A stretch of DNA of 64,000 bases, taken from positions 32,001 to 96,000 of the forward strand of contig JBBIUY010000004.1 in NCBI GenBank assembly GCA_037440005.1, in the 5' to 3' direction. Positions 17,318-26,198 of this stretch are shown here, piece by piece; the stretch's first letter is position 1, and every line of letters begins with the position of its first letter. The stretch is from Armatimonadota bacterium (GTDB lineage: Bacteria > Sysuimicrobiota > Sysuimicrobiia > Sysuimicrobiales > Kaftiobacteriaceae). Both the position numbers and the translations under genes were made by a program. Below the pieces are notes generated by a model. That model was given only the letters and a program-made list of their open reading frames with translations, was not told the DNA's origin and did not search any database.

Positions 17318-18220
17318 GTGGCCCTCACGCGGCGGTCGTTCCTCAAGGCGCTGGCCGCGGGAGCGGCGGCGCTGACGGCGGGCCCCCTGACCCGGTGGCG
17401 GCGCGGCCGGCCGGTGCCGGCCCTGGTGGCCCGGCCGGGAGGCGGACACGCCCTGGCGCGGCTGGAGGCCGTGCCGTCGGGCGGGGGCGTGGCCCTGGCC
17501 TACGCCGCGGAACCGCCGGCGCCGGAGCCGGGCGGTGCGCCGGGACGGCGGTGGGTGATGGTCATCGACCTGGCCCGCTGCGACGGCTGCCGCGAGTGCA
17601 CCCGGGCCTGCCAGGCGATGCACGTCGTCCCCGCCGGCCAGGAGTGGATCCGGGTGTACGAGCTGCAGGACCACGAGGCCGGCGCCCCCTACTGGTTTCC
17701 CCGGCCGTGCATGCAGTGCGACAACCCGCCCTGCGTGAAGGTCTGCCCGGTGTCGGCCACCTGGAAGCGGGAGGACGGCATCGTGATGCAGGACACCTCC
17801 CGCTGCATCGGGTGCCGGTTCTGCATGGCGGCCTGTCCCTACCAGGCCCGCAGCTTCAACTGGGTGGACCCCGACGTGCCCGGCATGCCCGACGAGCCGT
17901 ACTCCATGGAGTGGAACCGGGTGCACCGGCGGGGTACCACCGAGAAGTGCATCTTCTGCCCCGCGCTGGTGGCCGAAGGCCGGCTGCCCGCCTGCGCGGC
18001 CGCGTGCCCCATGGGGGCCATCTACTTCGGCGACCAGCAGGAGGACGCCGTGACCAACTCCCAGGGGGAGACGGTGAGGTTCTCCGAGCTGGTCCAGGGC
18101 CAGGGGGGGTACCGCTTCCTGGAGGAGCTGGGCACCGAGCCCCGGGTCTACTACCTGCCCCCGCGGCGGCGCCTGTACCCGGCGCCCGTCCCCGCGGCGG
18201 CGGCGGAGGACCAGCGGTGA
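17318..18220 (+). CDS. Tat-exported 4Fe-4S protein (NrfC/DmsB/ActB Fe-S-domain-like)
   Basis: TRRSFLK; CDGCRECTRAC, CMQCDNPPCVKVCP, CIGCRFCMAACP, CIFC...PACAAACP. Confidence 0.93.
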   Translation: MALTRRSFLKALAAGAAALTAGPLTRWRRGRPVPALVARPGGGHALARLEAVPSGGGVALAYAAEPPAPEPGGAPGRRWVMVIDLARCDGCRECTRACQAMHVVPAGQEWIRVYELQDHEAGAPYWFPRPCMQCDNPPCVKVCPVSATWKREDGIVMQDTSRCIGCRFCMAACPYQARSFNWVDPDVPGMPDEPYSMEWNRVHRRGTTEKCIFCPALVAEGRLPACAAACPMGAIYFGDQQEDAVTNSQGETVRFSELVQGQGGYRFLEELGTEPRVYYLPPRRRLYPAPVPAAAAEDQR

Positions 18221-19776
18221 GGGCCCGGGACGACCTGCTTGCGGACCGGGAGCGGCGGCTGCTGCGCTCGCTCCACGCCGGAGGACCCGGCTACTACGCG
18301 CTGCTGGGCGTGCTGGGGGCCCTGGTGGCGTGGGGGGTGATCGGCTACGGCGTCCAGCTCCGCTACGGCCTGGGCGTGACCGGGCTGCGGGACAACGTCA
18401 TGTGGGGCGTGTACATCACCAACTTCATCTTCTTCATCGGGGTCAGCCACGTGGGGGCGCTGATGTCGGCCATCCTGCGCATCACCGGGGCCGAGTGGCG
18501 CCGGCCGATCACCCGCATGGCGGAAGCGATCACCTTCGCCTCGCTGCTCATGGGGGCGTTGATGCCCCTGGTGGACATGGGCCGGCCGGACCGGCTTCTC
18601 AACCTGGTGGCGCACGGCCGACTGCAGTCCCCGATCCTGTGGGACATCCTGTCCATCACCACCTACCTGACCGGCAGCACCCTGTTCCTGTACGTGCCCA
18701 TGATCCCCGACATCGCCCTGCTGCGGGACCGGTTCGCCGCTGGGCCGCCCTGGCGCCGGCGGCTGTACACGGTGCTGGCCCTGGGGTGGCGGGGGACGGA
18801 GGTGCAGCGCCGACACCTGGAGGCGGTCATGGGGATCCTGGCCATCCTGATCATCCCCATCGCCGTCTCCGTGCACACGGTGGTGTCCTGGATCCTGGCC
18901 ATGACCTTGCGGGCGGGCTGGAACAGCACCATCTTCGGCCCCTACTTCGTCTCCGGCGCGCTGTTTTCCGGCGCGGCGGCGGTGGTCACCGCCATGGCGG
19001 CCTTCCGGTGGGCCTACCACCTGGAGGACTACATCACCGAGGCGCACTTCCGGCGGATGGGCTACCTGGTCATCGCCCTGGGGCTGATCTACGGCTACTT
19101 CACCTTCAACGAGTACTGGGTGCCGGCGTTCAAGATGGCGGCCCACGAGCGCGGGTACCTGACGGCGGTGTTCAGCGGGCGGTTTGCCCCCCTGTTCTGG
19201 TTCACCCAGGTGGGCGGACTGCTGTTGCCCGTGGCGCTGCTCACCGTCCCCCGGCTGGCCCTGGTGGAGCGCCTGGGCCGCGTGCCCCTGCTGCGGCCCG
19301 CGCCCGCCCTGGCGGCCACCGCCGCCGCGGTGGGGCTGGTGGTGGTCGCCGCCCCGGGCTCGCCGGTGGCCGCCCTGCCCGACGTCGGCGCCCTGCGCCC
19401 GCTGATCCCCTGGCTTCTCGGGACGGCGGGGAGCTGGCTGTTCCTGGCCCTGCTGCCGGTCTGCCGTGCCCGGCCCATCGCCACGGCCACGGCGGCCTCC
19501 GTCCTGGTGAACGTGGGAGCGTGGTGGAAGCGGTACGTCATCATCGTCCCCACCCTGCAGCACCCGTTCCTGCCCATCCAGCGCGCGCCGGCGGGGTGGG
19601 CCACCTACACGCCCACGTGGGTGGAGTGGTCCATCACGTCGGCGGCCCTGGCGGGTTTCGTGCTGATCTACCTCCTGTTCAGCAAGCTGTTCCCCATCGT
19701 GTCCCTGTGGGAGACCCGGGAGGCTCCGCCGGAGGCCTCAGGAGGCGGGGAGGTGGCCCATGCGCTGGCCCGGTAG
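18217..19776 (+). CDS. NrfD/ActC-family quinol-interacting membrane subunit
   Basis: WGVYITNFIFFIGVSH, RPITRMAE, DMGRP, SPILWD, VSVHTVVS, GWNSTIFGPYF, YTPTWVE. Confidence 0.92.
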   Translation: MRARDDLLADRERRLLRSLHAGGPGYYALLGVLGALVAWGVIGYGVQLRYGLGVTGLRDNVMWGVYITNFIFFIGVSHVGALMSAILRITGAEWRRPITRMAEAITFASLLMGALMPLVDMGRPDRLLNLVAHGRLQSPILWDILSITTYLTGSTLFLYVPMIPDIALLRDRFAAGPPWRRRLYTVLALGWRGTEVQRRHLEAVMGILAILIIPIAVSVHTVVSWILAMTLRAGWNSTIFGPYFVSGALFSGAAAVVTAMAAFRWAYHLEDYITEAHFRRMGYLVIALGLIYGYFTFNEYWVPAFKMAAHERGYLTAVFSGRFAPLFWFTQVGGLLLPVALLTVPRLALVERLGRVPLLRPAPALAATAAAVGLVVVAAPGSPVAALPDVGALRPLIPWLLGTAGSWLFLALLPVCRARPIATATAASVLVNVGAWWKRYVIIVPTLQHPFLPIQRAPAGWATYTPTWVEWSITSAALAGFVLIYLLFSKLFPIVSLWETREAPPEASGGGEVAHALAR

Positions 19777-20281
19777 CGCCGCGCTGCTGGCGGCGCTGGC
19801 GCTCACCGCCTCCGCCGCTTCCGCCGCCGCGCGCCTCCACCTGGTCCTCGCGCCCGAGGAGGGGGGAGGACTGCAGGTGGTGGCCGTGGTGACGGACGCC
19901 CCGGGGAGCCCCCGGGAGGGAATCCCGGTGACCTTCCGCGCCCGCACCGCCTTCGGCTGGCTTCCCCTGGGGGAGGGGGTCACCGACGCCTCCGGGCGCG
20001 CGGTCCTGCCGCTGCCCGCGGGCGCGCCGTACCCGGAGATCGAGGCACAGACCGCCGACGACCCGCCGGCCCGGGCCGTGCTGGCGCTGGACCGCCGCGC
20101 GGCCGCACAGCCCGCCGTCCGCCCCGGCCGGCGGACCCTGCACGCCCTCAGCCCGCAGCCGGGCCTGATCAGCCCGTACCCCGTGCCCCCGCTGGCGCTG
20201 TTGGGGGTCCTGGTGGGCGCCATTTGGGCCACCTACGGGTACATCGTGTTCCTGCTCACCCGCATCGCCGCCGGACGCTGA
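19760..20281 (+). CDS. Exported Ig-like protein with C-terminal TM anchor
   Basis: Signal peptide, GIPVTFRARTAFG...TDASGRA, C-terminal TM; overlaps the nrfD-like stop. Confidence 0.7.
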   Translation: MRWPGSAALLAALALTASAASAAARLHLVLAPEEGGGLQVVAVVTDAPGSPREGIPVTFRARTAFGWLPLGEGVTDASGRAVLPLPAGAPYPEIEAQTADDPPARAVLALDRRAAAQPAVRPGRRTLHALSPQPGLISPYPVPPLALLGVLVGAIWATYGYIVFLLTRIAAGR

Positions 20282-20329
20282 CCCCTCCACCTCCGAGCCG
20301 GCTGGGGACCCGCGCGATCCGGGGCCGGG

Positions 20330-20980
20330 TCAGGGCTCGATGAGGCCTTTGCGGATGGCGTAGCGGACCAGTTCGGTGCGGTCGTGCAGCCCCAGCTTCT
20401 CCAGGATGTGGGCCCGGTGGGTCTGCACGGTCTTGATGCTGATGAACAGGCGCTCGGCGATCTGCTGGTTGGACAGGCCCTGGGCGATGAGGGTGAGGAT
20501 CTCCTTCTCCCGCTCGGTCAGGCCGTCGTAGCGGTCCCGCTCCTCCCCCGCTTCCACCCTCTTGAGGTAGTCCTCCACCACCTTGCGGGCCACCGACGGG
20601 TACAGGAAGGCCTCCCCCCGGGCCGCGGCGCGCACCGCCTGCACCAGGTCGGAGGCGGCGGCCCGCTTGAGGACGTAGCCCGACGCGCCCGCCCGCAGCA
20701 GCTGGAAGACGTAGGACTCGTCCTCGTGCATGGTCAGGGCGAGCACCGCCACGGCGGGGTGGCGCTCCTTCAGCCGGTGGGTGGCCTCGATGCCGCCCAT
20801 GCCCGGCATGCTGATGTCCATGATCACCACGTCGGGCCGCAGGCGCTCCACCAGCTCCAGGGCCTGCCGGCCGTCTCCCGCCTCCCCCACCACCTCGATG
20901 TCCTTCTCCCGGGCCAGGATCATGCGCACGCCCTCGCGGACGATGGCGTGGTCGTCGGCGATGAGGACTCTAATTGCCAT
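20330..20980 (-). CDS. NarL/NreC-type response regulator
   Basis: IADDH, MDISMP, LTMH, ISIKTVQTHRAHI. Confidence 0.95.
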   Translation of the reverse strand: MAIRVLIADDHAIVREGVRMILAREKDIEVVGEAGDGRQALELVERLRPDVVIMDISMPGMGGIEATHRLKERHPAVAVLALTMHEDESYVFQLLRAGASGYVLKRAAASDLVQAVRAAARGEAFLYPSVARKVVEDYLKRVEAGEERDRYDGLTEREKEILTLIAQGLSNQQIAERLFISIKTVQTHRAHILEKLGLHDRTELVRYAIRKGLIEP

Positions 20981-22703
20981 CGGGCCCGACCTCCACCGGG
21001 ATGACGGCCTCGATGCGGGTCCCCGCCTGGGGCCGGGAGGTGATCTTCCACGTCCCCCCCAGCAGTTCCGTCCGCTCCTGCATGCCCATCAGCCCCAGCC
21101 CCCGGCCGTCTCCCGCCCGGGGCACGGCCTGGGGGTCGAAGCCGCGGCCGTCGTCGGCCACCGACAGGCGCACCTGCCCGTCGGACAGGGTGACGGCCAC
21201 CCAGGCCCGGCGGGCGTCGGCGTGCTTGAGGATGTTGGTCAGGGCTTCCTGGACGATGCGGAAGACCGCTGTCTCGATGTGGTGGGGCATGCGCTCGTCC
21301 AGGCCCGTCAGGGCCAGATCCACCTGCAGGCCCTGGGGCTCCACGTGCTCCTTCACGTACCAGCGGATGGCCGCCGCCAGCCCCAGGTCGTCCAGGATGG
21401 TGGGGCGCAGGTCGTAGATCATCTTCCGCAGCTCCCGCAGGGTGTCCTCGGCGATGGCCCGCAGGCGGCTCAGGCGCTGCTGCTCCGGCGGCGCGGCCGA
21501 GCGCTCGGCCACCTCCAGGTTGAGGATGAGGGCGGTGAGGGCCTGACCCGCCTCGTCGTGGAGCTCCCGGGCGATGCGGCGGCGCTCGTCCTCGTGGGCG
21601 GTGATGAGCTTCTGCAGCAGTTCGCCCCGCATCACCTCCTTGGCCCGCACCTCCTCGTACAGCCGGGCGCGCTCGGCCGCCAGCCCGATCTGGTCGCCGA
21701 TGGCGGACAGGGTGGCCAGCTCCCGGCTGGTGAGGGTGCGCCGCCGGGGCAGGACCAGGTTCATCACACCGATGACGCCGCCGGCGGTGCGCAGGGGCAC
21801 CGTCACGTGGCGGGGAACCTCCCACCCCGCCTGTTCCAGCCGCTCGCAGTGGATGACGTTCACGGCCGCCTCCAGCTGGCCGCCGCGCAGCATCTGCAGG
21901 CAGCGGCAGTCTCCCCCCATGGCGGCCATACCGGAGGCGGCCAGCTCCAGGGGGAGGTTCTTGGTGGCGGCCACGGTGAAGTCGCCGTCCCGCCGCAGGT
22001 ACACCCAGCCGCTGGTCAGGCGCATCAGGTCCACCAGCAGGTCCAGCGCCCGGCTCACCGCGCTGTGGACGTCCAGAGAGCGGTTGAGGGACTCGGCGAT
22101 GGCGCTCATGGTGACCAGGTCCCGGGTGCGCTGCAGCGCCAGCAGGACGATGCCGATGCTGAACAGCAGGGTGAACATGCCCGAAAACGCCGCCCCCACC
22201 CCCGCCAGGGCCGGGTGAGGCCGCAGCAGGGGGTAGGCCAGCGCCAGCAGCCCGGTCAGCAGCAGCCCCCAGAACAGCAGCCGGGCGCTGGTGGTCTGCA
22301 GGCCCCGTTCCTGGCCGTACAGCAGCCCGGCGCTGCCGGCAAACGCCGCTCCGCCCAGCAGCGAGGCCACCACCGCGGCCGCGGTCCAGGACGTGCCGGC
22401 CAGGACGGCGGAGGCCACGACCCCCGCCCCCGCCAGGACCGTGGCCCGTCGGTCGGGCCGGAAACTCTGGACCATGGCCCACGCCGAGGCCAAAAACAGC
22501 CCGTGCCGCACCGAGACCAGGATGCTGGAGGGGGCGAGGGTGAGCAGGGTCTCAGCCACCACGTGGGCGGCGAAGAGGGCGTAGGCGACGGCCCACCACC
22601 CGATCTGCCGCTCGCGCCCTTCCAGGTACCGCAGCAGTAAAAACAGGGTCAGGGCCAGGTGGATGCCAACGCCGACCGCCAGGGCCCCCGTCAGAACCGT
22701 CAC
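20970..22703 (-). CDS. Multi-TM histidine kinase with Cys-bearing GAF domain
   Basis: About 7 TMs, GAF with DCRC...NVIHCERL...HVTVPL, ERRRIARELHD, DDGRGF. Confidence 0.92.
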   Translation of the reverse strand: MTVLTGALAVGVGIHLALTLFLLLRYLEGRERQIGWWAVAYALFAAHVVAETLLTLAPSSILVSVRHGLFLASAWAMVQSFRPDRRATVLAGAGVVASAVLAGTSWTAAAVVASLLGGAAFAGSAGLLYGQERGLQTTSARLLFWGLLLTGLLALAYPLLRPHPALAGVGAAFSGMFTLLFSIGIVLLALQRTRDLVTMSAIAESLNRSLDVHSAVSRALDLLVDLMRLTSGWVYLRRDGDFTVAATKNLPLELAASGMAAMGGDCRCLQMLRGGQLEAAVNVIHCERLEQAGWEVPRHVTVPLRTAGGVIGVMNLVLPRRRTLTSRELATLSAIGDQIGLAAERARLYEEVRAKEVMRGELLQKLITAHEDERRRIARELHDEAGQALTALILNLEVAERSAAPPEQQRLSRLRAIAEDTLRELRKMIYDLRPTILDDLGLAAAIRWYVKEHVEPQGLQVDLALTGLDERMPHHIETAVFRIVQEALTNILKHADARRAWVAVTLSDGQVRLSVADDGRGFDPQAVPRAGDGRGLGLMGMQERTELLGGTWKITSRPQAGTRIEAVIPVEVGPDGN

Positions 22704-22808
22704 ACCCTCTATCGTACACAGTCCGCCCGGGGGTTGTCTTCCGGCTGGTGGACCGCCGCCGGGGGCCTGGGGATCGGCCCGGCATGCGGGGAGGGGACCG
22801 CCCGGTCC

Positions 22809-23012
22809 TCAGCCCGCCCGCCGCAGCGGACGCGCCGGGTCGGGGACGGTCGGCGTCGGGGGAAGGGTCCGGCGGTCCAGGACGGCGATGAGGGGGTACC
22901 CGCACCGGGGGCAGGCGCCGCCCGGCGTGGGGACGAAGACGGCCCCGCAGTGGGGACAGATGGCCAGATCGCCGGGGCGGGGGCGCCGCGGCCGGTCCGC
23001 CGGCAGTGCCAT
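22809..23012 (-). CDS. Small zinc-ribbon protein
   Basis: CPHC...CPRC; RBS ggaggt. Confidence 0.55.
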   Translation of the reverse strand: MALPADRPRRPRPGDLAICPHCGAVFVPTPGGACPRCGYPLIAVLDRRTLPPTPTVPDPARPLRRAG

Positions 23013-23219
23013 GCGCGCCACCTCCGTTCCCGCTCCTCTTCCAGTGTACTCCGGCCGTTCCGGCCCGGCCCATCGGGCCTCCGCCCGAGGGTCCCCTCAT
23101 CCGCCGACGCCCTAATCCGGCTCCCGCCCGATGGCCCCGCGGGGACGGGCGGCCGTATGCTGCTGGTACGGATGCGGAGCGCACCCAGCGCGCAGGCGCC
23201 GGACCGGCGGGGTGAGGAG

Positions 23220-23894
23220 ATGAGCAGGGCGACGCAGGCCGTGTCCCCCATCCGGATCCTGATCGCCGACGACCACGCCGTCGTCCGCGAGGGGATCCGC
23301 ATGATCCTGGAGTCCGAGCCGGATTTCGAAGTGGTCGGGGAAGCCACCACCGGCCGGGAGGCGGTGGACCTGGTGCGGCGGGTGCGCCCGCACGTGGTGG
23401 TCATGGACATCAGCATGCCACAGATGAACGGCGTGGAGGCCACCCGAGAGATCCGCCGGATCAGCCCCGAGACCCACGTGCTCATCCTGACCATGCACGA
23501 GGACGAGTCCTACGTCTTCCAGCTGCTGCAGCTGGGGGCGGCGGGCTACGTGCTCAAGCGGGCCGCCGCCTCGGACCTGGTGGAGGCGGTGCGGGCGGCG
23601 GCGCGGGGCGAGGCGTTCCTGTACCCCTCGGTGGCCCGGAGCGTAGTGCAGGACTACCTGGAGCGGCTGCGCGCGGGCGAAGGGCGGGACCGGTACGACG
23701 GCCTGACCGAGCGGGAACGGGAGATCCTGGTCCTGCTGGCCGAGGGCCTGACCAACGCCCAGATCGCCGAGCGGTTGTTCATCAGCGTCAAGACGGTGCA
23801 GACCCACCGGGCCCACATCATGGAGAAGCTGGACCTCCACGACCGGGCCCTGCTGGTCCGCTACGCCATCCGCAAGGGGCTGATCCAGGCCTGA
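23220..23894 (+). CDS. NarL/NreC-type response regulator, close paralog of 20330-20980
   Basis: Shares LTMHEDESYVFQLL, GYVLKRAAASDLV, RDRYDGLTERE and KTVQTHRAHI with 20330-20980. Confidence 0.95.
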   Translation: MSRATQAVSPIRILIADDHAVVREGIRMILESEPDFEVVGEATTGREAVDLVRRVRPHVVVMDISMPQMNGVEATREIRRISPETHVLILTMHEDESYVFQLLQLGAAGYVLKRAAASDLVEAVRAAARGEAFLYPSVARSVVQDYLERLRAGEGRDRYDGLTEREREILVLLAEGLTNAQIAERLFISVKTVQTHRAHIMEKLDLHDRALLVRYAIRKGLIQA

Positions 23895-23984
23895 GGAAAG
23901 GGAAGAGGGAAGAAGGAAGAGGGAAGAGGGGACCGCTGTGTTCCCTCCATGCCTTTTCCTTCTTCCCTCTTCCCTCTTCCCTTC
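23895..23984. repeat. Inverted pair of heptamer tandem repeats (GGAAGAR)n ... (YTCTTCC)n
   Basis: ggaagag ggaagaa ggaagag ggaagag ... ttcttcc ctcttcc ctcttcc. Confidence 0.85.
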
Positions 23985-24002
23985 ATGTAAGATGATTACG
24001 CC

Positions 24003-24974
24003 ATGCCGCGGGTGGGCGTGTTGACCAGCGGAGGGGACGCGCCCGGAATGAACGCCGCCATCCGGGCGGTGGTGCGGACGGCGCTGGCCGCCGGGTGGGA
24101 GGTGGTGGGCATCCGCCACGGCTACGCCGGCCTCATCGCCGGCGAGGTGACGCCCCTGACCGCCCGGGACGTGGGCGGGATCATCCAGCTGGGCGGCACC
24201 ATCCTGCACTCGGCGCGCTGCCCGGACTTCTACGCCCCCGAGGGTCGCCGCCGCGCCCTCCAGACCCTGGAGGAGCACCGGATCGACGCCCTGGTGGTCA
24301 TCGGCGGCAGCGGCTCCCAGTGCGGCGCCTACGAACTGTCCCGGGCCGGGGTCCGGGTGGTGGGGGTGGCGTCCACCATCGACAACGACATCTACGGCGC
24401 CGACATCTCCATCGGGGTGGACACCGCGCTCAACATCGCCCTGGAGGCGGTCGACCGGCTGAAGACCACGGCGTCCGCTCTCCAGCGGGCGTTCCTGGTG
24501 GAGGTGATGGGGCGCCAGTGCGGGTACCTGGCCCTGATGACCGCCCTGGCCGGCGGCGCCGAGGCGGTGGTGATTCCCGAGGTCGAGGTCCACCCCGAGC
24601 AGATCGTGGAGGACCTGCGCCTGGCGGCCCGGCGGGGCAAGGCCCACGCCCTGGTGGTGGTGGCCGAGGGAGCGGCGTACAACGCCGAGCGCCTGGTCCG
24701 TTACTTCCAGGAGCACCGGGAGCGGCTGGGCTACGAGCTGCGGGCCACCATCCTGGGCCACGTGCAGCGCGGCGGGGCGCCCACCGCCTTCGACCGCCTG
24801 CTGGCCACCCGGGCTGGGGCGGCCGCCGTGGACCTGCTCACCGAGGGGACCCACGGGGTCATGGTGGGCCTGCGCCGGGGGGAGATCGGGACCACGCCCC
24901 TGGCGGAGGTGGCGGCCAACAGGAAGACGCTGGACCTGCGGCTGCTGGACCTGGTCCGCAGGCTGGCCACCTAG
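24003..24974 (+). CDS. pfkA: 6-phosphofructokinase
   Basis: LTSGGDAPGMNAAIR, TIDND, EVMGR, LGHVQRGG. Confidence 0.95.
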   Translation: MPRVGVLTSGGDAPGMNAAIRAVVRTALAAGWEVVGIRHGYAGLIAGEVTPLTARDVGGIIQLGGTILHSARCPDFYAPEGRRRALQTLEEHRIDALVVIGGSGSQCGAYELSRAGVRVVGVASTIDNDIYGADISIGVDTALNIALEAVDRLKTTASALQRAFLVEVMGRQCGYLALMTALAGGAEAVVIPEVEVHPEQIVEDLRLAARRGKAHALVVVAEGAAYNAERLVRYFQEHRERLGYELRATILGHVQRGGAPTAFDRLLATRAGAAAVDLLTEGTHGVMVGLRRGEIGTTPLAEVAANRKTLDLRLLDLVRRLAT

Positions 24975-24983
24975 GAGGGATCC

Positions 24984-25988
24984 GTGGAGCCGTTGACCGT
25001 CGGCAAGGTGCGCGGCCTGCAGCAGATCTCCGACCCCGGCGGGATTTTCGCCATCTGCGCCATGGACCATCGGGGGTCCCTGCAGCGCCTGCTGGACCCG
25101 CAGGCTCCCGCGCGGGTGGACGCCCGGGCGCTGGTGGAGGTGAAGCTGGACCTGGCCGACGCCCTGGCGCCGGTGTCCACCGCGGTCCTGCTGGACCCGC
25201 TGTACGGCGCCGCCCAGGCGGTGGCCGCCGGCGTCCTGCCGGGCCGGACGGGACTGCTGGTGAGCCTGGAGGAGACCGGCTACGACGACCACCCCCAGGG
25301 ACGGGTCACCCGGCTGCTGGAGGGCTGGAGCGTGGAGAAGACCCGCCGGATGGGGGCGTCGGGCGTGAAGGTCCTGCTGTACTACCGCCCGGACCTCTCC
25401 GACACCGCCGCCCGGCAGCAGGACCTGGTCCGCCAGGTGGCCGAGGACTGCCGGCGGTGGGACCTGCCGTTCGTCCTGGAGCCCATCGTCTACCCCGCCC
25501 CCGGTGAGGATGCGGAGACGTTCGGCGCGCGTCGGGCGGACCTGGTGGTGCGCACCGCCCGGGACCTGGCCGGATTGGGCGTGGACGTGCTCAAGGCCCA
25601 GTTCCCGGCCGACCTGCGTCGCGAGCGGGACCCGGGGGTGCTGCTGGAGGCCTGCCGCCGGCTGGACGCCGCCTCGCCGGTGCCGTGGGTCCTGCTCAGC
25701 GGCGGGGTCGGGTATGACGAGTTTGTTACCCAGGTGGAGATCGCCTGCCGCGCGGGGGCGTCGGGCTTTCTGGCGGGGCGGGCGGTGTGGGAAGACGCCC
25801 TGCGGATTCCCGACCGCGCCGATCGCCGCCGCTGGCTCCAGACGGTCGGGGCCGACCGGATGCGACGGCTGCACCAGATCGCCGGCGAGCACGGCCAGCC
25901 CTGGTGGCGCAAGCGGCGTCTGGCCCGGGACGCCCTGGCGCCGGTGTCCGACTCGTGGTACCGGGAGTACGGCGGAGGGCTGTCATGA
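24984..25988 (+). CDS. lacD: Tagatose-1,6-bisphosphate aldolase (LacD family)
   Basis: AMDHRGSL, LLDPLYG, KVLLYYRPD, DVLKAQFP, WVLLSGG, SGFLAGRAVW. Confidence 0.88.
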   Translation: MEPLTVGKVRGLQQISDPGGIFAICAMDHRGSLQRLLDPQAPARVDARALVEVKLDLADALAPVSTAVLLDPLYGAAQAVAAGVLPGRTGLLVSLEETGYDDHPQGRVTRLLEGWSVEKTRRMGASGVKVLLYYRPDLSDTAARQQDLVRQVAEDCRRWDLPFVLEPIVYPAPGEDAETFGARRADLVVRTARDLAGLGVDVLKAQFPADLRRERDPGVLLEACRRLDAASPVPWVLLSGGVGYDEFVTQVEIACRAGASGFLAGRAVWEDALRIPDRADRRRWLQTVGADRMRRLHQIAGEHGQPWWRKRRLARDALAPVSDSWYREYGGGLS

Positions 25989-26128
25989 TGCGGATGGTGC
26001 GGTATGCGGTGGCGGTGGTGCTGGCGGTGGCGGGGACCGCGGTGATCGCCCTGGCGGCGTACGTCGCCTACCTGGTCGGGTTGTGGTCCCGGTCCGCCCG
26101 CCGCGAGCACGCGCCGTCGGCGCGCTAG
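25985..26128 (+). CDS. Small single-TM protein
   Basis: ATGA overlap with lacD stop; one hydrophobic helix. Confidence 0.45.
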   Translation: MMRMVRYAVAVVLAVAGTAVIALAAYVAYLVGLWSRSARREHAPSAR

Positions 26129-26198
26129 CCCGGGCGCCGACGGCAGAGGGGACAGGTCGTCGGGAGCCCCGCGCTCCCGAACGCGGAGGGGGGAGAGC

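Noticed and set aside
17318..20281. Canonical alternative complex III or polysulfide reductase
   Set aside because: No ActA/ActE hemes, no ActD/ActF and no molybdopterin-fold subunit in the cluster.
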